A stretch of DNA of 64,000 bases from Candidatus Anderseniibacteriota bacterium (lineage in GTDB: Bacteria; Patescibacteriota; Andersenbacteria; UBA10190): contig JBBDZC010000015.1 in the NCBI GenBank assembly GCA_040900375.1, forward strand, positions 8,366 through 72,365. The letters run 5' to 3'. This document shows positions 1 through 9,389 of this stretch, piece after piece (the first letter of the stretch is position 1; every line of letters begins with the position of its first letter). The notes below the pieces were generated by a model. It was given only the letters and a program-made list of their open reading frames with translations, had not been told where the DNA came from and made no database searches. The position numbers and the translations under genes were made by a program.

Positions 1-17
1 AAATTATCACCGCTACC

Positions 18-401
18 GTGACCCCCGTCACCACTAGCAGAGTCGAGATGTTCATTGCCATGCGCAACCGCAAGATCTATTTCTTACATTTCGTTTTAAA
101 CATCATTCCCCTCCTGGGAGGCGAACGGGCCATCACCAAACGGCTGTGGCAGAAGATCCCTGCCTACTATAAACAACGCTTTCGGATTGAAGCCGCTCTC
201 AATTTTTTTGCTACTCATGAGGGCCGCGGATTTTCTTACCAAGTCTTTCCTGGTCTCTCTCAAACCATTAAGGAAAAGAAACTGGGATTCTGGCCTGGGC
301 AACTGGCACGCTGGCGCATGATCCGTGATGTGATTGCCGCTGAATTGCACGTCCGTCAGCACTACGTCCGCGAATATCTGGTAAAAACAGCTAAGACTTA
401 G
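18..401 (+). CDS. hypothetical protein. Reading frame stays open to the window edge, so it may be the 3' part of a longer gene; GTG at position 18
   Basis: ORF track; no stop in frame upstream to position 3; no recognisable motif. Confidence 0.25.
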   Translation: MTPVTTSRVEMFIAMRNRKIYFLHFVLNIIPLLGGERAITKRLWQKIPAYYKQRFRIEAALNFFATHEGRGFSYQVFPGLSQTIKEKKLGFWPGQLARWRMIRDVIAAELHVRQHYVREYLVKTAKT

Positions 402-504
402 GGAACGAGGCGTGTTCATTAATCTGACTCAACCAGGGCTACCAGCCGCCGAGAGAAGTGACGAGCACAGATCGCAAGGGAGTACCCAACATTCCGCGAG
501 AGGC

Positions 505-1506
505 TCACGGTAAGAAAAAAGTGCGGGCTAGCTCCCAATACGCCGGGTTATTGTTTTTTTCTTTCTCCCAGTACCAGTATTCACTCCCCCACCAGTAAGC
601 CAGAGGCAGCTGGGTGCGCCGCGCAAATTGCTGCAACACCCACAAACGACGGACCGGAAAAGCCGCTTCGCGCTCCGCCGCTGACATTTGCACAAACGGC
701 TTCGCTCCCCACGGCTCACCCTGGAGTTCAGAAATAATCACCCCTTTACCCCGAACAACACCAACGAGACGGGCCTTAAGCCGGTAGAACCAAGCCGGCA
801 TAAGATAATCATAGGCAAAGAGCCGCCCTGTCCGCTGTGAGAAAACAGTTCGATACATCGTCGTCCCAAAAATATCACCAAACTGCGCTGTCTCAAGCCA
901 CCAGCTAAGCTCGCCTGAATCAGTCACTAAAATTGGCTGGGTATCAAGATCACGAATAGTCTCTTGCTGCTGACGCAGATACAGCGCATCGGGCGGCGGG
1001 CAAATACCGAAATCAAAAAAAGGTTCATTTTCGAGCTGCCACATTGTCAGACTAGGATGGTCCCGGTAGCGCCGGGTGACCACCGCGAGCATGGCCAGAG
1101 CATGTGATTGCTGCTCTGCTTCTGATAAGTCGCGGGCCCAGGCGGGTATATGACACTCCGGCCAACGCGGTAATTTCCGGCCCACGGCCAGCACTACTTC
1201 CGCGTCGTAGTGCTGCGCCATATCCATTTGGTAATCAAGGTCCGCAAAATCAAATTTTCCTGACTCGGGCTCAATCTCATCCCAGTAGGCAGCCAAACGC
1301 AGGTGCTTCACGGCTAAATCTTCTAAGAGCGCCCGATATGTCACTTGCCAATCGAGCCCGAGGCCGACCGCCTGCCGAGGAGAAAAGGTAACACCATACA
1401 CCTGCTGGAAAGACCCCGCCTGCGGCCAGGTTAACAGGAGGCCACCGACAATGAGTACACCGCTTAAAATTAATCCCAGACCAAGCCCCACCGGCAGCAG
1501 CTTCAT
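505..1506 (-). CDS. glycoside hydrolase, GH5-like (cellulase-family TIM barrel), with signal anchor
   Basis: NEP catalytic-acid motif (QLENEPF). N-terminal hydrophobic anchor follows internal start MKLLPVGLG. Probable start ATG at 1504-1506, overlapping the stop of the upstream transporter gene. Confidence 0.55.
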   Translation of the reverse strand: MKLLPVGLGLGLILSGVLIVGGLLLTWPQAGSFQQVYGVTFSPRQAVGLGLDWQVTYRALLEDLAVKHLRLAAYWDEIEPESGKFDFADLDYQMDMAQHYDAEVVLAVGRKLPRWPECHIPAWARDLSEAEQQSHALAMLAVVTRRYRDHPSLTMWQLENEPFFDFGICPPPDALYLRQQQETIRDLDTQPILVTDSGELSWWLETAQFGDIFGTTMYRTVFSQRTGRLFAYDYLMPAWFYRLKARLVGVVRGKGVIISELQGEPWGAKPFVQMSAAEREAAFPVRRLWVLQQFARRTQLPLAYWWGSEYWYWEKEKNNNPAYWELARTFFLP

Positions 1507-2417
1507 ACAATAAGTCCTAAACCCGCGGCAACACAGAGAATGCCGGCAAATTTTTGCATGAGGGCCACTCGTCCTAGCTCCTCTCGCCACAACCCAGGCA
1601 ACCAATATGAGATGGCAGCTGCCAAGATTAGTAAAAAAATGTATTGCATGCCCTGCAGGGCATTGACAATCGCCACACTGCCGAGGCTGATGGCATAATG
1701 CTGCAGCAGAAAAGCGCTACCGGCGAGCACTTTGTTGCTGACAAAGATGACGGGTGCCAAGAAGCTGGCACGAGTCTTGGGCGAAGAGACAACACGCGAC
1801 GAGGAGCGAAAACGAAGAACCAGGGGACCAAGCACAATCAGGGCCACAGCTGCCTCAATCAGCCGACTGTAAATAAAGACGGGTAAAAATGCTTCCGTCG
1901 CATCATAAAGATATTTGACAATCACAAAATGAAAGGCAAAGAAAAGACCCGCGCCCAGGGTTAAGCCTTTCACAGAGCCAGGCAAGGGCTGGCTGTGGCC
2001 AAAACGCAGTGATAACAGTGCTCCTCCTGCAAGTAATAAAACAATTGCCAGGAATTGTTGTGTCCTGACTATCTCCCCTAAAGCTCCCATGGCAATAATC
2101 ACGGTAAAGAGAGCCACCGCTGAACCGGTCAGCGGGACAACACGGGTTGCTTCGGTCGCTTTCAGAGCCGTGAAAAAAAGCCACAGCGCTACAATTCTCG
2201 CTCCCCCCGCCACCAATGCCCAGCCAAGAATAAATGAGCTCCAGGGTAAACTAACAAACGGTAGGAAAACAATCACGCCGCCCGTGATGACTGCCGAGTA
2301 AAAAGTATATCGCAGAGGCTGTGCCACAACACTCTTACCCGAAAGCAAACTCTTATCAACGATCAAGACGAGCGCATTACCCAAATGAGCCCCCAGTGCG
2401 AGAAAGAGCCAAATCAT
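1503..2417 (-). CDS. EamA/DMT-family membrane transporter
   Basis: about 10 predicted TM helices with two-repeat EamA-like topology. Internal start MIWLFLALG is more plausible than the ORF-track start. Confidence 0.5.
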   Translation of the reverse strand: MIWLFLALGAHLGNALVLIVDKSLLSGKSVVAQPLRYTFYSAVITGGVIVFLPFVSLPWSSFILGWALVAGGARIVALWLFFTALKATEATRVVPLTGSAVALFTVIIAMGALGEIVRTQQFLAIVLLLAGGALLSLRFGHSQPLPGSVKGLTLGAGLFFAFHFVIVKYLYDATEAFLPVFIYSRLIEAAVALIVLGPLVLRFRSSSRVVSSPKTRASFLAPVIFVSNKVLAGSAFLLQHYAISLGSVAIVNALQGMQYIFLLILAAAISYWLPGLWREELGRVALMQKFAGILCVAAGLGLIV

Positions 2418-2463
2418 GTGGTATTCAGTATATCGTTTTTCCGGGGGCGTGCGTACTCTCCCA

Positions 2464-3642
2464 TCAGTGTCGCCGCAATGATTGTTCAATAATCGCCTTG
2501 TACGCGTAGGCACTCGGCCGCGGCAGTCGCTGCTGTGTCTGATAATCAACTGCTACTAAACCAAACCGGGGAGTGAAGCCATCAGCCCATTCAAAATTAT
2601 CGAGAAGTGACCAATGCAAATAGCCGCGCACGTCCACGCCCACCGCTTGTGCCTGCTCAATGGCCCGCAGGTGGGAACGGATAAAATCAGGGCGTTGACT
2701 ATCGGTGGTGTCCGCCACTCCATTTTCTGTAATATAAATCGGCAGATTATACGACTGCAGCGCCTTGAGGATGTGAGTCAGCCCTTCAGGCCTGATTGGC
2801 CAGCCCAGATCAGAAGTCGCTCCTGACCACGGCTGATTATACATAAAAGGCCAGCGCCATGCTGCCCGCTTAGTGACCGAAAAATAGTAATTAATACCTA
2901 GGTAATCATGCGCGCCGCGGGTCAGCGCGTACCAACGCTGCTTGGAACCCCAGTTAAGCACCGCGACCACAAACCGGTCAGCGCGCGAAGTCGGTCGAGC
3001 CGGGAAATAGCCAATGACACTATGGGCCATCCCCACCCGGGCACGGGGCAGATAGCGATGAATAACGTGATAGGCCTGGATGTGCGCCGCGGCCATGTGG
3101 TCAATGACTGTCAGCACCCGCTGCCAACTATGCTCGTGCGGTGGCCAGCGCTTATGCCAATAACTCATCGTCGCGTAGACATGTGGTTCATTGATTGTCA
3201 CCCAGTAATCCACTAAATCTCCCAGCTCCTGTACGACGCGCTCGACATACTGGGAAAAAAGCGCCGCCGCCGAGGCGTCGGCCCAACCTCCAGCCTGGGC
3301 AAACCAGAGCGGATTAGTAAAATGGTGCAGCGTTACAAACGAGGTGAGCGATTCGCGTTTGAGTGTTAGTAAAACCTGTCGATAGTGCGCCAGCGCTCGT
3401 GAGTTATACACTCCCGGCCGAAGCTCAATTCGGCTCCACTCAAGCGAGAGGCGATGAGCATTGTGGCCCAATTGTCGAGCGAGAGCAAAGTCCTCGCCAT
3501 ACCGCTCGTAGTGTTCGCAGGCTCGGCCGGAGCGAAAAGTGACTGGCCGTTGCTTCTCCCACGCCCACCAGTCGTTGTGAATGTTACCTCCCTCCACTTG
3601 ATGGGCGCTGGTGGCCGCACCCCAGAGGAACGCCGTATTCAT
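2464..3642 (-). CDS. GH1 beta-glucosidase
   Basis: N-terminal GH1 signature FLWGAATSAHQVEG, catalytic acid TINEP, nucleophile YITENG. Confidence 0.85.
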   Translation of the reverse strand: MNTAFLWGAATSAHQVEGGNIHNDWWAWEKQRPVTFRSGRACEHYERYGEDFALARQLGHNAHRLSLEWSRIELRPGVYNSRALAHYRQVLLTLKRESLTSFVTLHHFTNPLWFAQAGGWADASAAALFSQYVERVVQELGDLVDYWVTINEPHVYATMSYWHKRWPPHEHSWQRVLTVIDHMAAAHIQAYHVIHRYLPRARVGMAHSVIGYFPARPTSRADRFVVAVLNWGSKQRWYALTRGAHDYLGINYYFSVTKRAAWRWPFMYNQPWSGATSDLGWPIRPEGLTHILKALQSYNLPIYITENGVADTTDSQRPDFIRSHLRAIEQAQAVGVDVRGYLHWSLLDNFEWADGFTPRFGLVAVDYQTQQRLPRPSAYAYKAIIEQSLRRH

Positions 3643-3670
3643 ACCGCTAAAGCGTGAGCGATTCCTCTCT

Positions 3671-3910
3671 TTAGGAGAGCCGGTTGAGCGAAGACGGCGG
3701 TGAGGGCGGTTCTTGTTCCCGGACCAGTAACCACCCGACCACTATCAAAAGCAGTATGGCAACAGTCGGCACGAGGTGAAGCCGCGCCTCAAGTTCTGGC
3801 AAACGGAGCTCGGGGCTCGTGAGGTAAAATCGATACATTCCCCACCCTCCACCCACTGTCACTACAAAAGCAAGGCCGAGCAAGAAACGAATAACCGTAG
3901 TATGCTTCAT
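3671..3910 (-). CDS. small membrane protein, hypothetical
   Basis: 79-aa ORF with two hydrophobic helices, same strand as and directly upstream of the GH1 gene. Confidence 0.3.
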   Translation of the reverse strand: MKHTTVIRFLLGLAFVVTVGGGWGMYRFYLTSPELRLPELEARLHLVPTVAILLLIVVGWLLVREQEPPSPPSSLNRLS

Positions 3911-4137
3911 TGTTGCAGTATACCATCTTTATTCCTACCTCACTTCTTCCTCCAAACTACCTTACAAGTAACAGAATACCCGCGGCGGACCCGTGGGTAT
4001 TCTTATAAAGAACCATGTCGATAATCTTTGTGCTGGGATGAGCTGCCTGGTTGAGCCGCACCGGACAAGAAGGTAGGCAGATGGGCCTACTACATGATTA
4101 AGAAGTACTATGGACAGCTTAAGCCAAGCTTTTCTCT

Positions 4138-5004
4138 CTAGAGATGAGCACGCACAACACTTTGTCGCTGACGTAACCGATTGAGAGCAGAATTCTGTAA
4201 CTGGCGCACTCGCTCTCGACTAATCCCAAACTCTTGTCCAATATCTTCAAGAGTATGAGGATCATTATCTCCGAGACCGAAACGCAATTCAACGATCTTC
4301 TTCTCTCGCGACGGCAGTGTCGAAACGGCCTGGCGAACCGTATGGCGGACGATCTCTGTCCGGGCGACTTGATCAGGCTGCGGGGCTTCAGCGTCTTCCA
4401 GGAGATCTTGTAATTGCGTCTCTTCACTATCTTCCCCTCCCCGGACCGTGCGATCAAGTGAGACAATATCCGCTGACGATTCCTCTAAACGATGAATTTC
4501 TGGCAATGAGAGGTGCATCTCACCGGCCAGTTCTTGGGCCGTTGGTGTGCGGCCGAGAAGCTGGTACAGACGCTGACGAGTTCGCTGCATTTGGAGCACA
4601 CGATCAACCACATTTTCGGGAAGACGAACAATCCGCCGTGACTTTAAAGCTCTCAAGATCGCTTGCTTAATCCAATAGACACCGTAGGTTGAGAAACGCG
4701 TTTTCCGCTCTGGTTTAAAACGATCAACAGCCCGCATCAAACCAAGGTTGCCTTCTTGGATAAGATCCATCAATATGTCCGGGTCATTCGCCGGGGCATA
4801 CTTCTTGGCAATATTCACAACGAGTCGCAAGTTAGCGCGCATCATCCGCTGCCGCGCTGCTTCGTCATTATACGTTTGGATGCGTTCCGCTAAAGTTTGT
4901 TCCTGTTCAGGGGTGAGTAGTGGAGTTTGTCCAATTTCTTGCAAGTATTGAGAGAGAATTGAGCCGGATTTTTTGCTGGTAAGTTCAGGCATAACATAGT
5001 TCAC
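4138..5004 (-). CDS. RNA polymerase sigma-70 family factor (short form with regions 2-4)
   Basis: region 2 (FSTYGVYWIKQAI), region 3 and region 4 HTH (LEDIGQEFGISRERVRQL) motifs. Confidence 0.85.
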   Translation of the reverse strand: MNYVMPELTSKKSGSILSQYLQEIGQTPLLTPEQEQTLAERIQTYNDEAARQRMMRANLRLVVNIAKKYAPANDPDILMDLIQEGNLGLMRAVDRFKPERKTRFSTYGVYWIKQAILRALKSRRIVRLPENVVDRVLQMQRTRQRLYQLLGRTPTAQELAGEMHLSLPEIHRLEESSADIVSLDRTVRGGEDSEETQLQDLLEDAEAPQPDQVARTEIVRHTVRQAVSTLPSREKKIVELRFGLGDNDPHTLEDIGQEFGISRERVRQLQNSALNRLRQRQSVVRAHL

Positions 5005-5330
5005 TTAAGGGCAAAAATAGCTATACATCTGTCCTTCTCACAATTAATAATGTGTTTAAAGAACCACTTTGTGGTACTGTCGATGGCTCTTTAAATTTAC
5101 AGGAATCGTCCTGGCAACGTGACGGCAAGTAAATGGCCGCCTCTACTATATACTTTTCCGTAATCGGCCGCCGCCGTCAAGAACGCCAAGCGGATGATTG
5201 ACAGCTCTGCCTGACACTACCCGCTTCATCAATGAAATATTTTTCGCGCACGGCAGCCGCTTCTACCTAAAAACTGGTTACAGCCAAAGTCTATGAAACA
5301 TACATTGTTGCTAAGTACCGACAGCCCCAT

Positions 5331-5888
5331 CTAAACACGCTCGACATAGGTCCCCGTTCGGGTGTCGATGCGAATAATATCCCCCTCGTTAATAAACAGT
5401 GGCGCTTTGACACGCCGCCCTCCCTCAATCACGACTTCTTTCATGACATTAGTAGAAGTATCGCCCCGGATACCAGGCGGAGCTTCAATTACTCGACGCT
5501 CAATCTTGATCGGCATATCAAGACTGACCGGCTTGCCCTCGAAGAAGAGAATTTCGATTGTCTGTCCCTCCAGTAAATATTGGAGGAGATCGCCCAGAAG
5601 TGCTGCTGATAGTTCAATCTGTTCGTAGGTACTTTGGTCCATAAACGTGTAGACATCGCCACTGCCAAAGAGATACTGGAACCCTTTGCGCTCAATCTCT
5701 GCTTCTGGCACCTTATCTGACTGCTGAAAAGAATGTTCTCGTGTCTGCCCAGTTTTAATGTGCTTAAGAATAGAACGAACCACCGGCTTGCGTTGTTGCT
5801 TACGCAAAAACTCTGCCGAGACCACCACGTACGGCTCACCATCTAAATTAATCATTTTGCCCTTACGAATGTCGTTAAGCCCTAACAT
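5331..5888 (-). CDS. efp: elongation factor P
   Basis: full-length similarity to EF-P: N-terminal KOW-like MxxxNDIRKG, then OB domains; 185 aa. Confidence 0.9.
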   Translation of the reverse strand: MLGLNDIRKGKMINLDGEPYVVVSAEFLRKQQRKPVVRSILKHIKTGQTREHSFQQSDKVPEAEIERKGFQYLFGSGDVYTFMDQSTYEQIELSAALLGDLLQYLLEGQTIEILFFEGKPVSLDMPIKIERRVIEAPPGIRGDTSTNVMKEVVIEGGRRVKAPLFINEGDIIRIDTRTGTYVERV

Positions 5889-5933
5889 AGCGTAGTTACC
5901 ATAGCGCAGGATACGGGTGTTTGACTAGATGCT

Positions 5934-6308
5934 CTACTGCCCCTCCGCAAACGTGCAGTCAGGGAGGAGCGAAACCCGTGTCCCATCGTTCATTAAACAA
6001 TTTCGGCCTGGCGTCAGCACTCTCGCCATTCCCGGCATAGGTGACAAAGACTCTTCGAGCCGCGGCGCAAAGACACTTTCGACCGGCGGCGTAATCTTGA
6101 GCGGTGGAAAATGCGGTAAAGACATGCTCCTGTCATCAGCCAGCAGGGGACGCACGCTGGGCTCTTCTCCTCCCTCTGGCAACTGGAAAAAAGCCAGCCA
6201 GCGAGATGCAGAAAACGGCCCAAAGGTCGCATAACCCGCTCCCAACAATATGCCGCCCAGCAGGAAGATGGTTAAAATAAGAATCCGCACGGTGCGCCAC
6301 AATACCAT
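5934..6308 (-). CDS. membrane-anchored hypothetical protein
   Basis: N-terminal TM helix; co-directional with and just upstream of efp. Confidence 0.35.
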   Translation of the reverse strand: MVLWRTVRILILTIFLLGGILLGAGYATFGPFSASRWLAFFQLPEGGEEPSVRPLLADDRSMSLPHFPPLKITPPVESVFAPRLEESLSPMPGMARVLTPGRNCLMNDGTRVSLLPDCTFAEGQ

Positions 6309-6382
6309 ATATGTCTTTGCCCGCTCTTAAAATAAATTCTGACAACAACCAACCTCTCTCTCTACTCTTGTACGCCCCAAAT

Positions 6383-6533
6383 GTCAACCCATTCGACTCC
6401 ACGGTCTAAAGGCCGTGGCTTGCTTAAGGGTTGACTCTAAAGCCGCGCGTATCTCCACCCTGAAGGGTGGAGCTTGCGCGAGTCGAAGAGTCAACCTGAG
6501 TTAGTCGAAGGGTGAGCCGATCGAATGGGTAAG
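6383..6533. repeat. nested-palindrome repeat family, copy 1 (MITE/REP-like)
   Basis: core 6383-6496 is essentially identical to 58634-58746 and related to 17310-17418. Contains hairpins ccaccctgaagggtgg and gggttgactct...agagtcaacc, plus terminal inverted repeat cccattcgac...gtcgaatggg. Confidence 0.7.
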
Positions 6534-6686
6534 TCATGAGCACTTACCCAGAAAAATTTAGTTGCCCCCTGATCTCCCTCGCCTGCTCCTGAACTCATAT
6601 TTCTTGGAACTTCTGGCATAGCTATGTACACTAAATAAAGGTGATATTAAATCATAACTACTTCTTTATAAGGAGGTGAGTTAGAT

Positions 6687-6833
6687 ATGATGGGAACATG
6701 TAAGAGCTGTGGCGCAGAGAATGTAGAAGTCAACGAGCAGGGTTTGTGTGCTAATTGCGCCGCTAAGACGGATGGACAAGCAGGTGGACCAGGAAGTGCG
6801 GATACTCCTGGTGGGGACATGGCAGCTGCCTAA
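6687..6833 (+). CDS. small zinc-ribbon protein (48 aa, CxxC...CxxC)
   Basis: AGGAGGTGA RBS 7-8 nt upstream of ATG; two CxxC pairs (CKSC, CANC); followed by a strong intrinsic terminator; below the ORF-track length cutoff. Confidence 0.45.
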   Translation: MMGTCKSCGAENVEVNEQGLCANCAAKTDGQAGGPGSADTPGGDMAAA

Positions 6834-6867
6834 TACCCTAAACTCGTCGACGAGTTCTTAACCTTAC

Positions 6868-6901
6868 AAACCCCAGCCCTTATTCAGAGGCTGGGGTTTT
6901 G
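6868..6901 (+). terminator. rho-independent terminator
   Basis: aaaccccagccc-ttattcagag-ggctggggtttt hairpin plus T-run just after the small ORF stop. Confidence 0.6.
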
Positions 6902-6918
6902 TTATGTTGGGACCTTAT

Positions 6919-7695
6919 TTATAGCACTAATTGGTGCCCATGTTGGCGTAACCAGCGCCGGTGCTGCGCGTAGCTAGGATCCCAGGCCGATACCATCTGC
7001 CAAAAGGCAGGCGAGTGGTTAGCATGCTGCAGGTGGGCGACTTCATGAGCGGCTACTGAATAAGCTATTACCTCCGGTCCCAGGACTAACCGCCAGTTAA
7101 ATGACAGGCGGCCTTGTCCAGAACAACTCCCCCACTGGGTAGTCTGCTCGCCAATGCGAATCGACCGAATATGAATTCCCCGGGGGGCACCAAGCTCCTG
7201 GCAAACACGGGAGAAATATTCCCGCGCCTGCCGGCGGTACCAGCGGGCGAGCACCGGTCGGATAAGGGTTTGCGGGTGAGTGGTAACAGTGAGATAGCTT
7301 CCGGCAAGCTCCACTCGAGAACGACGGCTCTGCTCCCGCTGGCAGAGTGTCAAAATATACTCGTGCCCAAGCAGTGGTAGATACTCGCCTGCCGTAAATG
7401 TCCGCCGCGGTATTGTCCGGCCACGAACTTGGTAGCGATCAAGACAGCGCTGGAGCCAGGCTTTTTTGTGGGCAACAAATTGATGGGCAACCGACCCTGA
7501 CATGCGCCACGGTAGCACGACTTCAATCTCACCGCGCGCGTCAACATGTAGTAAAACATGCCGTGCTCGTCGGCTCCGGCGTACGCCATAGGCATGCTGC
7601 TGCCCATCTGCCAGGATGGTATAATGCCAAGACACAAGAGCAGAGGCTCGCTTATTTTTTTCTTTACCTTTACGACGCATTTGGGTATGGTTCAT
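6919..7695 (-). CDS. DUF45/YgjP-like M48-family zinc metallopeptidase
   Basis: HEVAHLQHANHSPAFW (HExxH plus downstream H/W) characteristic of the YgjP/SprT-like DUF45 family. Confidence 0.65.
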   Translation of the reverse strand: MNHTQMRRKGKEKNKRASALVSWHYTILADGQQHAYGVRRSRRARHVLLHVDARGEIEVVLPWRMSGSVAHQFVAHKKAWLQRCLDRYQVRGRTIPRRTFTAGEYLPLLGHEYILTLCQREQSRRSRVELAGSYLTVTTHPQTLIRPVLARWYRRQAREYFSRVCQELGAPRGIHIRSIRIGEQTTQWGSCSGQGRLSFNWRLVLGPEVIAYSVAAHEVAHLQHANHSPAFWQMVSAWDPSYAQHRRWLRQHGHQLVL

Positions 7696-7698
7696 GCA

Positions 7699-8027
7699 TG
7701 TTTAAATTATGGCCAAAGAAAAAAGCAGACAGTGATGAGTCAACTCCCGCCCTGCGCTGGGATGAGCGAGCAACCCAGGGACTAGAGCAGGCCTTGAGCC
7801 AGGCTCCAGTGCCTGGCCCCTTAAAAGGCCGCGTTAAAAAGGAATTAGTCCAGGCGGCTGAAGATGCTGCTCGCCAGAACAAACATACCACCGTAACCGC
7901 TGAAGATCTCATGCAGGGCCTCTTGGCCAAATTACCCGCTTCGATGCGCAACCGGGTCGAAGACGCCCTTAGCGGCGGGCCTGATAAACTTCAGGCACTT
8001 CAAAAAGATCTCGAGAATCAGAAATAG
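7699..8027 (+). CDS. PCP_red-like small protein (hypothetical)
   Basis: pattern W..RA...L...P.P.KGRVKKE...AA...A.....T.VTAEDL resembles the PCP reductase C-terminal family. Start taken at internal ATG 7699; the upstream part of ORF 7398-8027 overlaps the DUF45 gene and is probably not coding. Confidence 0.35.
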
Positions 8028-8296
8028 TCTTGAACATCATCTGGATATTCGGGAAAATGTTTTTCCACCTCGCTTAAGCTAAATTGCGCGGCAATTGCCT
8101 CGGGCTCTTCCCGCGCCAGTAAGAACGTAAAGGTCGCTTGCACCAATTCGTGCGGCTCCACGTCGCCACCGTATCGTTCGTACTCATCCTCCGACACACT
8201 AACACCATACTCGCCAACCACTTCCTCGTCCTCACGAAGCATCACTCGATACTCGAGCGGTTCTTCGCCTACTTTTTCAACAACAATGTCAGGCAT
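8018..8296 (-). CDS. acidic hypothetical protein
   Basis: 92-aa ORF, strongly acidic (E/D-rich), convergent with the previous gene. Confidence 0.4.
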   Translation of the reverse strand: MPDIVVEKVGEEPLEYRVMLREDEEVVGEYGVSVSEDEYERYGGDVEPHELVQATFTFLLAREEPEAIAAQFSLSEVEKHFPEYPDDVQDYF

Positions 8297-8536
8297 ACTG
8301 GTTAAAAGTCTTCTGGCTGGTCATACCCCGTAGAGCTACTTCGATATGTCCGGCGTAGGCCGGACAGCGGTGAGGGAGAGCGGTGACTGACAAATAAGGT
8401 TGGTAGGTATTATATCCATAGACTTAAAAACCAGGGTGATCGAGGTGATTCTACAGGGCATGGTTGCTATTTTAACCAACACTAAAAAGACAGCAAGCGA
8501 CAGTTCTTCACATGGGCTGGCAGCCCCTTAAAATCG

Positions 8537-9325
8537 TTATCGGGCCTCCTCGCCGCGTTCCACCTGTATTTGTTGGTAAATCTTTTCCGCATGCCGAAAA
8601 TCATCAGGGGTATCTAAGTCAGTGCTGGTACGAGGGTCTAACACGTACCCATGAATATTGTCGCCCCAGACATTGTCGTACTGTAAACACTCGGGACGGA
8701 GAACAAATTTTCGCCGTGTGATATCAATTTGTCCATCTTGAAAGTACACCGGAAAGAGCTCTTGGATTTTCTGCCGAGGTTGATCAGGCCCGCGCTGCCG
8801 GCGGTACTTGCTATCAAACACGGGAATTAATTTGCCATCTTTCTGTCGCTGCCACATTTTATAAGGGTGCAGCGGCGTGGGAATAACACTCTTGAGTCCA
8901 TCGGCCCCTGTCTGCTGCAGGTGAGTAATGGCTTCATCAATGTCAGCGGGAAACCGCAAGGGGCTGGTCGGCCGTAAATTGACGAGCAGTTCGGGTATCC
9001 AATCAAACTCGGCTTCCATCCAAGTGACCGCGTGGTGGTAAAATCCGGCGTCCCCGCTGGTAGGCTGGGAATATTCACTCGGGCGCGGGGCTACCAGTGC
9101 TCCCAACTTCCGGGCTTCGTCGGCGATCTCGGCATCTTCGGTAGAAACAATCACCGCATCAATTTTCTCGGCCGCCAACGCTACTTCTACTGCCCACGCC
9201 AGCAGCGTTTTACCGCCTAGTTTTTGCAGGTTCTTCCAGGGAGTACTTTGTTTTCCGGCGCGGGCTGGGATAATCGCTACCACCTCGACTGGCTCTCGCT
9301 TGGGGTTACTGACTTTATTTTTCAT
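8537..9325 (-). CDS. acylneuraminate (nonulosonic acid) cytidylyltransferase, NeuA/CMP-NulO synthetase family
   Basis: N-terminal IIPARAGKQ (cytidylyltransferase P-loop-like motif shared by NeuA/KdsB); about 260 aa. Confidence 0.7.
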   Translation of the reverse strand: MKNKVSNPKREPVEVVAIIPARAGKQSTPWKNLQKLGGKTLLAWAVEVALAAEKIDAVIVSTEDAEIADEARKLGALVAPRPSEYSQPTSGDAGFYHHAVTWMEAEFDWIPELLVNLRPTSPLRFPADIDEAITHLQQTGADGLKSVIPTPLHPYKMWQRQKDGKLIPVFDSKYRRQRGPDQPRQKIQELFPVYFQDGQIDITRRKFVLRPECLQYDNVWGDNIHGYVLDPRTSTDLDTPDDFRHAEKIYQQIQVERGEEAR

Positions 9326-9389
9326 GCTTGCTTATTACCATGTCCTCGACAAAAAACCAAGCGCCACCCACACTAACAACAACCTCATT

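Noticed and set aside
7398-7698. Upstream 100 codons of ORF 7398-8027
   Set aside because: They overlap the DUF45 metallopeptidase gene on the opposite strand. Only the downstream part from ATG 7699 shows protein-like composition and a PCP_red-like pattern.
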